This document shows positions 49,620 to 60,955 of a DNA stretch of 64,000 bases, one piece after another. The notes under the pieces are model-generated. The model made no database searches. It saw only the letters and a program-made list of their open reading frames with translations, and was not told the origin of the DNA. Numbering within the stretch: position 1 is the first letter of the stretch; each line of letters begins with the position of its first letter. This DNA comes from Octopus vulgaris (taxonomy: Eukaryota), in the NCBI GenBank assembly GCA_951406725.2, contig OX597833.1:23374001-23438000 (forward strand). Reading direction: 5' to 3'. The translations under genes and the position numbers were made by a program.

Positions 49620-50229
49620 TCTATTATCCATTCGTTTTGCAGTGCTTCTGTGAAATTCTGTTTTCTGCTGGGGGAAAACAGCAGCCAAAACAATTGTCAT
49701 GCTTCAAACAGCTTACAAGGATGCTGCCATGAGCAAAACATAAGTTTATGAGTGGTTTCCACTCTTTAGGAATGGTCACTTGTCGCTTGAAGACCAACCT
49801 TCTGAATGAATGAAAATTCATGAACTGATCTTGGAGGACCATCACCGAACAATTGATGAACTTGTTGATATGACTGGTGTGTCCTGGAGCTCCTGCCAAT
49901 GAATTTTGAGTGAGGAATTGTGAATAAAAAGAATTACTACAAAATTTTGTGCCTCGCTTGCTCATGACTGAATGCATGTCATGAACTAAAAGAACAATTG
50001 GAAGTTGAACCAGACCCCTTTTTGAAGGTTATCACTGACAACAGCTAGTGCTACGGAATTTGCAGATATGGAAAAGGTGAAGAAAGAAATGATGTTAAAA
50101 AGCATCACTTCGCCTGGACCAATGCACTGCTTCAACGGAGAATACTTTGAAAGCAGTAAAAGTGTAAACATGTAAAACTAAGTGAATGAAATAATACAAA
50201 ATTTTGGCTTCATTTAGGTACCCCCCTCG
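49620..50229 (+). mobile_element. Deleted mariner, same family as 35653-36921
   Basis: [30 protein letters not shown]; right TIR ggtaccccctcg|TA. Confidence 0.82.
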
Positions 50230-53200
50230 TATGTGTGTACAATGGGCCTCGAGCTAAGACACGTGCCCAAGATATCATGCAATGGGACTGAACTAACCTT
50301 ATAGCTGTAGCTGTATCTCTACTTCTTCCAATCATAAATTGTATAAGTTGAATGCCTATAGGCTTAAATATACACACCTTGAAAATGAATGAACTATATA
50401 TTACAGATTCAGATAATTATTCTAGCAACATACATTTTATAATTATTACTATATGCACTAGATTTTAATTTTGGCTCAAATTCTTGTTTCAAAGAAGAAA
50501 TTGGTCAATAAGTGTAGTTATCCATGTCAAATGAAATTTTGCAACTAGTATTCCCCTTAATACAAAGCTTTTAAAATTGGATTTACTAGCTCCATTGTTA
50601 CAGACTATAGAAGTCCTTGATAAAAAGGAAAAGACAAATTCATTATGAAACTTCACCACTAACATCCAATCCACGGAATGATCACGACAATGAATAAATG
50701 TTTATTCTAAAATTACATTTAGAGAAATGAAAATGAAAGTAATTTATACATTATGAAGTCTTGTAGTTTTAAAACTTGCTTGCAGCCAATTCTAAGTCAA
50801 TGGCATTCACAAGTCTGGTGAAATAGCATAAACCTAGTTGCACCTTCCGTAGCCTTCGTGCTATGTCTTCACAGCTTAAAATAAAAAGAAAAAAAAGGAT
50901 CAGATTGATAGAGATAAATGTTTCATTTTGGAATAATAATATTAAAAGGATATTTTGGTGTCACTAATTCAACACCAAGTTATTTGACATCAGTCGTTTT
51001 AATGTTTATCTCATTCTCTCCCACCTCTCTCTGTAGGTATGTATGTGTATGAACATATCTCTCCATGTGTATGGGGAGAGGGAAAGATATTGATGTCAAT
51101 TGTCTTCAATAAATAAATTGTAATGTCTTGCTCTCTCTCCAAATATATATATGTGTATATTTCTGCACACATGTGTATGTGCCTCCAATCCTAAAAAGTT
51201 CTCTCATCAAAACTGGCTGAATGTCCAGTCAGTCATGCCAAATTGTCAGCATCCAAAAGGCTGTGCCTGATCATCACATTCTGTACTAAAGCACTGCTTA
51301 ATAAATTCATTAAGGCAGAGATTTTTACAGCCTGATGCCTTTCTTGTTGCCAACCTGCACCAATTTTCAAACAAAGTAATATTTCCCCATGGCCAGACAT
51401 GTTTCACAGAAGATTCGAAAATGATGACACCACCTGTATGACTCCCATTACAACTAAGACAAAGAGACACTAATACACACACAACAGGCTTCTTTTAGTT
51501 TCTGTCAATCAAAACCACACACAAAGCTTTGGTTGGCTCCAGACTACAATAGACAACCTTGTCCAAGGTGCCACACAGTGAGACTGAAAACAAAACCTCT
51601 TGGTTAGGAAGTAAACTCCTTGATACAGCCTTGCCTGCACACCTTACATTATAAAATTTTACATAAAACATTAAATTTTTAGGAAATTGGTCAGGGTCTT
51701 CATCATCAAAAAATAAAGTTCACAAAATTGGAGGAGTTAGTTGAATTCAAACATAATTCTCACACACATTCCATTTTTATTACTTCCGAAGAAACCTCAA
51801 AAGTTAATATGTTCTTTTCCTAGCATAGCAATTTTATCAAAGGGATTATTTTATTATAAGCCATGGCTCCATGTGCATATGAGGCAGCAGAAGCAAAGAT
51901 GTGAACCAGACATTCTAAGTCAAAGAGTATCTATAAGAGGCAGATTGCACAGGAGAGAACATATATATAACATAATATCAATTGTTCAGATGAGGAGGAA
52001 AAAAGAAAAGGATTAATGCCAATTATTTTGCTGTTTCAAATGATGCTTCATGGATAAAGAATAGATCTCTTTAGCCAAATCCTGCAATTTCATCATCTCA
52101 GCACTGAACACATGCAGCGACTGTAATAAGAAAAACAAAATTGTAATGTTAAAAAGAATTAAGATAAATGTCATTATCATCATTTAACATGTCATTCATG
52201 TTTGTACGAGTTGGACAATTCAACCTAATCTGACATGTCAGAGGACTGTGTTGAGCTCTAAAGCCTGAACACCCTTCCTGACTCCAACAATTTTACAGAG
52301 GTACCAAGACTAATGAGATCACCAAGTAACTTGCAAGTCAAAATAGCCCACTCAACTGAGTGGGAGTGTAGCACAGAGGGAAATGACTTTATGCAACATG
52401 TTGAGAGGCTAAAGCATGATAGAGGGACAGGAGATAGACGGAGATAGTGGTTGAGAGCAATTGGAAATAGTGATAAAAACGGTATCATGGCATATGCTCA
52501 AGGTACAAGAAGATAGAGATGGAAAGTTGGGAAGAATGGGTGAATACATTTACATGATTATGAGAAAATATGTTAAGTTACTGGGATTCAATAACACAAT
52601 GACCTACCTTTGAGAATTGTGCGATAGTTGTGCAATTTTTGAATATTTCTGCCTCTTTTAAAGTTGCTTTCCTCATATTGTGTGCCAATCATAACCAAGG
52701 ATGATCATCTGCCACACCTAAAAGCATACATATTTTTTAAAATCTATAAAATTAGACATTTACATTATTATGAGAAATACTATTTTGGCTAATCCTTTAT
52801 TAAAATTGAATATTCTGAGAAAGTACAAGAACAACCCAGATTATTATTGGTGTTATACATTCTAAAATGTAGCTTTCTTTATAAACAGACTAAGTGACAT
52901 GAAATCCAGTTCAAGTGTTAGATGATTAGTGTTTATTAAAACTGTTTCCACAGGCCAAATTAAACAGGAGATTTAATCAAACAAAAAAGTAATTATCAAA
53001 ATTCAAATCATGCCAGGATGGAAGGAACATTTTGACAAGATCCGATAGGTCAGAGGATATCTTGCTCTAAGGTACCTGAATTGGCAAACTTTTTGTATGG
53101 CAAGATGGCCTCCCTAACACTAACTAACTACTTTATCAAGTGTAAATGGAGCTTTTTTTTTCATAACACATGTAACAAAGTACAGAAAGTCAACACTTAT

Positions 53201-54030
53201 TTATAACATATACTAGATGTTGTAAAATTCAGAATTAAATGTCTTGGTGAAGGAAGTCAAGCTCAAGAAAATTCAGAAGGCATAATTCAATTTTTCATAC
53301 TAAAATAATTTATTATTTTACAATTTTTAAAAGAACGCTGAACAAAGTGTGTACAAAGGAATATGTAGCTTTTGTGGATGTTAATTAATTTAAAACATTT
53401 GCTGAAGGATGCATGTAGCAAGACAAAAATGAATTGGACATCACTTACTATATATTTTAAGTGTGTAATGTTATTGGCTGTAGAATTAATACTGACTAAA
53501 GCAGTAAAAAGGTTGCATGGTGTGGAATACTAACACTGTTGAAGCTGCATAGCAGGAATACGATAAGGATGCTAGGACTGTTAAAGAACCATTATCTTCA
53601 GATATATTTGCAAGTGTTGTCAAATCAGCCAAATCTTCAAGTTGGTTATAAAAACCAGAATGTTTCAGCGCATAAAAAGTGATAATCATTAATACTGTTT
53701 AAACCACAACTCTTCATGATGAAAAGGAAAATCCAAACAGTGGTACTTCAAAATAAATGCTGTTGTATGTTCAATGTCCAGGCCACAACTAAGTGCTTAA
53801 AAAAATCAGCATGTTTCACTGGTGGACAGAAGTTGTTACTTCTATTTGTACACTGCCAACCCTACCTGGCTGGCGTCTGCCCAAACACAACTAAATTATG
53901 CTGCAGTGATAAAATAGCTCTGTCATGTTTCACTACACACATACACTGTAGATGTCTTGCCCCCAGTAAGGCTAAAGACTCCTCTTGATACTGCATTACC
54001 ACTGCTTGATTTGCCAACACCTTTATAGTG

Positions 54031-55150
54031 TGTTATGTGTAGTTTGGGTTCTAATGGGATAGACAACCAATATGAAAGCCATTGTTATTGTTAACGTGTT
54101 TATTTACTATTCATGTTACACGGACTTGTCAACATTCGGCGTAGTAATACACTATATACTTTACACACAGTTGTACTGTTCACTAACAAAATAGTGCCAA
54201 GAGTGGGAATGTATTCTATATTCTATGCACGTATACACATAGATATGAATGTGTAACATCCCTTCTTCTTGAAAAAAAATAAAGGGGTCTTCTGGCAGTG
54301 AAGACAATATAAGTAGTCTCCCTTACTCTAATGGATTGTCAGCGCCAGGTGGCAATCCTGCAGCAGGAACTGTGAGATTATTCTGCCTCTGCTTTGTAAT
54401 CTAGCTGAATTAGTTACTTATCTTTTCATTTTCTTTCTTTTTTCTTTAACGGTATCGAACCGGTGGCAGAATGTTCTTTCTCCATCTGGTGGATCTTGTG
54501 CTTCGCACTGGTGTCTGAGGTGTGTTGTTGGGCTGCTGATAGGTGGTTGGTGCCCGTTGGGGTGATGATTCTGTAGGTGTTGTCACTGATGCAGCAGGTG
54601 TTGTACACGTTGTCCTCGACAGCTTTGGTGTTGGGCGGATGTGGGCCCTGTTGTGTCTCAGCTGCCTACCAGATTCCGTTTCTATTATATATGATCTTGG
54701 AGTTTCAGCTCTACTGACAACCTGTGCTGGGATCCATGTTTTAGTTATGGGATCTTGAGTATGCACATGTTATCCTCCAAGTATCTCAGGTAAATATTGT
54801 GCATGTTTGTTGTAATACCTCTGTGATTGTTCTTGAGTGGCTGCTAGCTTTGCCCTTGTCTCTTTTTGGTCAATAGGAGGTTGGATCTTAGTTGGCAGGG
54901 TAGTTTTGTACTTCCTGCCATTCAGCAATTCTGCTGGGGATTTCATGTCAGCTCTCAGTGGTGGCAACCATTATGAAAGCCATTGTTATTGTTAACGTGT
55001 TTATTTACTTTAGCATGTTACATGGACTCGACATTCGGCGTAGTAATACACTATATACTTTACACACAGTTGTACTGTTCACTAACAAAATAGTGCCAAG
55101 AGTGGGAATGTATTCTATGCACGTATACACATAGATATGAATGTGTAACA
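54031..55150 (-). mobile_element. Miniature Gypsy LTR element (two LTRs + integrase tail)
   Basis: TGTTA...TAACA LTR at 54031-54258; second, truncated LTR at ~54965-55150; polypurine tract at 54259-54272 on the minus strand; 5-bp TSD TAGTG; KSPAELLNGR..PRSYIIETESG..HNRAHIRP. Confidence 0.9.
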
Positions 55151-55388
55151 TAGTGTGTACTAAGTCTTTTATTCATGGTACCAGTACTTGTGCAGGTACC
55201 TTGTAATTTGCAAGACAAAAGAGCCTCATGACTGCAAACGAGAATAGGAGAGGGTGTGTTGATGTAGGTGAGGTATTGAGAGAAAGTATGAATGGGAAGC
55301 TTTATTGTGAGAGGGTTGTAGTGGAGGAAGTAACAGCAGAGACAGTGTTGTTAGGTAGGTTGAGGGAAGGAGCAGAAGTAAAAGAGTC

Positions 55389-55419
<31 letters not shown>

Positions 55420-55424
55420 CACAC

Positions 55425-57251
55425 ACAGAGGGTGTGTAAGGTATTTAAGGACATATCTTTTGGGGGTCATTGCTGCATTTTTTCTAAATCTGTATAATCT
55501 TTGTTTCAGAAAATAATGATGGCAGACCCTCAGCTCACTCAAGAAATGAAGAGGCATGCTGTTATTGTGGTTATAAAGGCTGAGCATAGCAATTTAGAAA
55601 TATCTCAATTTTTAAAAGTTGCCAGATCTTTCGTTTACAAAGTTTGTAAGGAGCTAGAGACTGAAGATGGAAATGTATCACCAGTATCAAAGCATAAAAA
55701 GCATTCTAAATGCTCTGAAATCATCAGAACACTTGAATTTATCCAGTAAGTTCAACAGACCATTGATTACAATCCCAGAAAGTCCATGAGGTCAATTGCA
55801 AAAGATCTCCATGTATCAGAAGAAACAGTCAGAAATGTTGTCCACAAAGAAATCAGTCTTATATGATGATGAAAGGTCACTTTGTCCGAAAAAACGAAAG
55901 AAAATCACTACATTAGATCTAAAAAGTTCTTAAACTAAAAAATCCAGCAGAAGATGATCTGATTTGGTTTTTCTCAAATGAGAAAAACTTCAACCAAGAT
56001 CAAAAAGTTAACAGAAGAAATGACAGATGTTTATGTGCAGACCCTTCTGAAGTTACAAGTGTTAGGCATACAAAATTTCCTGCAACTGTCATGGTTTTAG
56101 ATGTTATCAGCAATGAAGGACATGTGATGCCTCCTTACTTCTTTCCACAAGGCCTCAGAGTTAACTCTGCTGCCTACATTGAGGTCCTGGAAACAATTGT
56201 TAAACCCTGGAGAGACAGTGTATGCAATGGAAGACCATATGCGTTTCAGTAAGACTCTGTACTATCACACATGACTCTAGTAACACAGCAATGGATGGCT
56301 GAAAATTTCCATGATCACATAACCCCTAACATTTCCCCAGATCTCAATCCATTGGACTATTACATGTGGAGCATTGTTAAGAGAGAGGTCAATGAACACG
56401 CCCATAACAGCAAAGATTCTTTGAAAGCTGCCATAGTCAGAGTAATGTCCAAAATCAACCAAGACCACTTGATTCAAGTGTAAGAATTAGCACTTCCTTC
56501 TCTAAGCCTAGATTCGAAACCGAATCCAAGAATCCTCGGTCGCCCAAACCATGGCAACCAAAGGCGCGAAAAGAAAATTTGCTTTGTTCTGCCAAAAAGT
56601 GATTGATAATCTCCCTTTGACCTGCAACCCCAGCCATGTCAGGCGAAGTTCAACTGGACAAGTGCTGACCTACTTAGGCACTGTCTCTGCTGCAGTATGT
56701 CTGTTTTTCTAGCTGTCACAAATATTATAAATACAAGGGTGAAACAGAGAGGCAGACAATCGCAGTGGAGACGGGAGCAGACACATGAGATAGATCTATC
56801 TACGTCCCAAGTTTTTGGCAGACGATAGAGACAAAAATGCTTGAAGTGCCGATCAACTACTGTTTCGAATGAAACATGCACACACACACACACACACACA
56901 CACAAACATAAACATTTCTAATATGTACTCTATTCAAGCGACTCGTAGCAGTTGCCTGCATTTTGTATGTAGTGACCAATCACTAAACTAACACTGTAAA
57001 TAAATCATTTTAATCACAAATCGGTTTATGTATTTGTTTACATACACACTTAACCACTACACAAGCATATAGATGATTCAGATCTCATATAGAAGCAGTT
57101 GTTGAAGCTGAAGGTGGCTTTATTGAATAACATTATAGAAAAGAAGGTTTATTTTTATCCTCATAGCAATTTTTTGATAAATAAAGTTATCTATTATTAT
57201 ATGTTGTTTTTTTATAAACATAAATCTGTTCTCAAATATCTTATGTACCCT
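55425..57251 (+). mobile_element. Degenerate Tc1-like transposon
   Basis: KRHAVIVVIKAEHSNLEISQFLKVARSFVYKV, WFFSNEKNF, SPDLNPLDYYMWSIV; imperfect TIRs agggtgtgtaaggtattt / aaatatcttatgtaccctg. Confidence 0.85.
56479..57061. mobile_element. Solo LTR inserted in the Tc1 copy
   Basis: TGTAA...CTACA ends; 4-bp TSD CAAG at 56475-56478 and 57062-57065; the Tc1 sequence resumes after it. Confidence 0.75.
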
Positions 57252-59422
57252 GTATATATGAGAAAAAAAATTACATTTCAAAGATAAATATTGACAAAAT
57301 ACAATGCTGCCCGACTATCCTGACTGCCTGACAGTTCATCATCATCATCAATAATTCTTTTTGATAAGTAAAAACAAAAAAAAAAAAGAATTTAACCAAA
57401 CTTACTTTCCCAAACTTCATCAGTTACTACATTAATTTCAGTTACATTCTTCTGTGAATCAGTATACAGACTCAGCTGCAATGTATCGATCCAGAAAGTA
57501 CATTTACAAACATTGGCTTCTAAATCCCAGATCTTCCACGGTGACAAGCTGAAAAAAGATGTAATATTCAGAACAAAGGAGAAAACAAATTTTAAAAAAG
57601 TAAATGCTTAAAAGTACACAATAATTATATACATATTTTTCTACCCCCATCTTTGTCCATCTGTTACCTTCCTTCCACACTCTCTTGCAAACTAACTTAC
57701 CTACCCCCATTACCCTGTCAAATCCTCTATCACTTCTCTTATATTCACCTTCCTGTAACTTGAGTTACATCTTCACCACTGTTTTCTTTCTTTTCCAACT
57801 GGGGTAGCCATGTATCTATTTCTTCTACAGTAAGACACCAGTTTCTATCTCTCTACATACTTTAAACTCTCATCACCTGGCATAAAGCCACCTCCCTCAA
57901 TACTACTCCCACCTCGGTTGAAGGATTGGGGTCTTGTCTTGTGAGTTACTTGGTGAACCTACTAGTGCCCCGAAACAAAACACCCAGAACTCTGTAAAGT
58001 CATCAGTGTTAGGAAAGGCATCTAGCCATAGGAACCATTCCAAAGTAGACATTTGAGCTTGGAATGGTCCTCTAGCTTGGCAGCTCCTGTCAAAATGTCC
58101 AACACACACATACCAGCACAGAAAATGGATGTTAAATGGTGGTGGTGGTGGTAGTGATGATGATTATGGTGATGAGACATTTTACTTTCAATTCTTCATG
58201 TTAAGCATACCCCATCATTAGCGCTATCATTTAATATTCATTTTCTGATAATGACCCAGTTCTGAAATATAATGGTTTTTTGGACAAGGACAAGGAGAAA
58301 TATTTAAGATCCTACTTTTAGCCTTTTCATAATAAATCTGATGAACATATTTGATGTAATATACCTTGATGTTATAGTACTGTATTCTCTCAAATACCTT
58401 CAGGCAGAAAAACAAAACTCAACTATGATAATCATCATCATTTTAACGTCTAATTTTCTGTGCTTGAATGGGCCAGACATGAAATTATTTGAAGCACATA
58501 TTAAATGGTTGGATGCTCTTTCTGTTGCTAAAAATTGTGTGTTTCCAAGTAAAGTGATGTTTTCCCCTAGTTCTTTGAGTACACACACCTGGACATCACT
58601 GCTTATGGTGTAACAGTAGTGTTTCTTGACAACTATCACACAATGGTCAAGACTAAAAGATACAAACACACACATACAAAGCTCATTCGTTTTACATCCA
58701 CTTTCCCCTGCTAATACAAGTTAAATATATTTAGGTGCTGTTTTACAGCTGGAAGCCCTTCCTGTCACTAACCTCTACTGCATTAATATTCCTTGCACTT
58801 TCTGTTTTTCATATAAGGGATCTCTTATTTCATGCACCTTTGAAAGTACAAAATGATTGGGTGATTTGTTGACAAAAACACCATTTCTAGTTGGCAACTT
58901 CCATAGGTGTAAAGATAAACAAGCACATCACACACGAACACACAGCATACAGTTAGATGTACAACTGCTATGGGTAAGTTCAGTGCTCCACATAAAGTAT
59001 CATCATCCAGCTATTGTGCACTTGAACGTCCAATGCAGAGGTTGCAAATAAACAAGTGCTCCATCAGTTACAACAGCCTGCTCATGAAAATGTGCAAGTG
59101 TTTGAGCACACTACAGTAGTAGTTCTCACGGAGATTCAGCATGACACAGATTGTGACAAGGCTGGTCCTTTGAAATAAAGATATTACTCATTTTTGCCAG
59201 CTGAGAGAATGGGAGTACCGTGAAATAAAGTGTCTTGCTCAAGGACACAACACATCATGGGGAATCTAACTTACGAACTTATGATTGTGAGCAGAACACT
59301 CTAATCACTAAGTCACGCACCTTCACTCTGGTTGCAAATAATCACAAAGGTGAAGTATATGTATGGAAGAAAGGATATAAATTTGTTTAGCATAATTTCT
59401 CATATATATATATATATATATA

Positions 59423-59708
59423 TCCGAACGTGGCCGTTGCCAGCGCCACCCCGACTGGCTTCCGTGCTGGTGACATGTAAAAAGCACCATCCAATCGTGG
59501 CCGTTGACAGCCTGGCCTGGCCTCCGTGCTGGTGGCACGTAAAAAGTACCCACTACACTCATGGAATGGTTGGCGTTAGGAAGGGCATCCAGCCGTAGAA
59601 ACATTGCCAGATCAGACTGGGCCTGGTGCAGCCTTCTGGCTTCCCAGACCCCAGTTGCACCGTCCAACCCATGCCAGCATGGAAAGCGGATGCTAAACGA
59701 TGATGATG
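59423..59708 (+). mobile_element. RTE LINE 3' tail
   Basis: Subrepeats plus (GAT)n tail. Confidence 0.82.
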
Positions 59709-60027
59709 GGATAGATAGAGAGAGAGGGGGAAAGGGAGAAAGGAGAGAGAGACAGGCACAGACATGGCTGTGTGGTAAGAAGCTTGCTTCCCAACTACAT
59801 GGTTCTGAGATCAGTGCCAGCGTGACACCTTGGACAAGTGTCTTCTACTATAGCCTCAGGCCAAGGAAAGCCTTGTGAGTATATTTGGTAGATGAAAACT
59901 GAAAGAAGCCTGTCGTATGCATGTGTGTGTGTGTCTATGTCTCCCACCACCAATTGACAACTAGTGTTGATGTGTTTACATCCCTGTAACTTAGCAGTTT
60001 AGCAAAAAGAGACTGAGAAAACAAGTA

Positions 60028-60955
60028 ATGGGTCATCCCATAAATAATGCGGTTTTTTTTTATACTTTTAGTTTTCAATGTACGGCAAATATGGTGGGTG
60101 AGGCATAATTTCCCATTCAAACTGCTCCAATCTTTGGAATGTCATCCTTGCTGTATGTGGCCGAGCATTGTCCTGATAGTAGAACACCTTTCGTCTTGAA
60201 ACCAAAAATGGTCGTTTTCCTTCTATTGCTGACTTAAGTTGCTCAAGCTGCTTGCAGTAGATCTCTTTCGTTATCATTTGGTTTGGGTTGAAAAATTCAA
60301 AATGGACTAAACTTTTCATATCCTACCAAACAGATAACACCTTCTCACCAGTCACTATTCAGTCCAAAAAAAAAGGTTCATTCGTGAGATGTGACATCAA
60401 AGAAGAACATACATTCATTCACTCTCTGCACACAATTAGACTTGGAAAGTTTGTGAGGTACCCATTGACCCCAATTACTGGCTCTTATGACGGCACACAG
60501 GTGTCGATGAATGGTTGAATTACCAAATCCAAGCTTCTCTGTCAGTTCCTTAACAGTTACGATGGGATTTTGTTCCACCTTCCAGGACAAGACTCATCTT
60601 CTAGGCTGTAGTTTCTGCCTTGAAATTTCTGGAACCACCGTTGATATTGGCTTGCATTTATTGTCCAACCCCCATATACTGCATTAATATTCCTTGCACT
60701 TTCTGTTGCATTGTTGCCTTTATTGAACTCATAAAGCAAAATATGCTGAATATGCTACTTTGTCACTTCCATTATAGCTTTGAAAAAATAACTGTTAAAA
60801 TCGAACAGCATTCTTCAAAACTTGCACTAAGAATAAATACAAGGTAAAATTACTACCTGCTTTTATAGCAAGTTGATGCAGGTCGTTTATCCCATCCCCT
60901 CCAACTTTTAGTTCATGCAATTGAAAAAGAACGCATTATATATGGAATGAACCAA
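60028..60955 (-). mobile_element. Degenerate mariner inserted at a TA inside a family A SINE
   Basis: MLYEFNKGNNATESARNINAVYG, QWVPHKL, QDNARPH, PHPPY; TIRs; SINE halves at 59755-60027 and 60956-61075. Confidence 0.88.

Noticed and set aside
58211-58262. Selenocysteine TGA or overlapping TAAATGA stop-start (bicistronic) arrangement
   Set aside because: Neighbouring blocks also have frameshifts and stops, and I saw no SECIS; decay is the simpler explanation.
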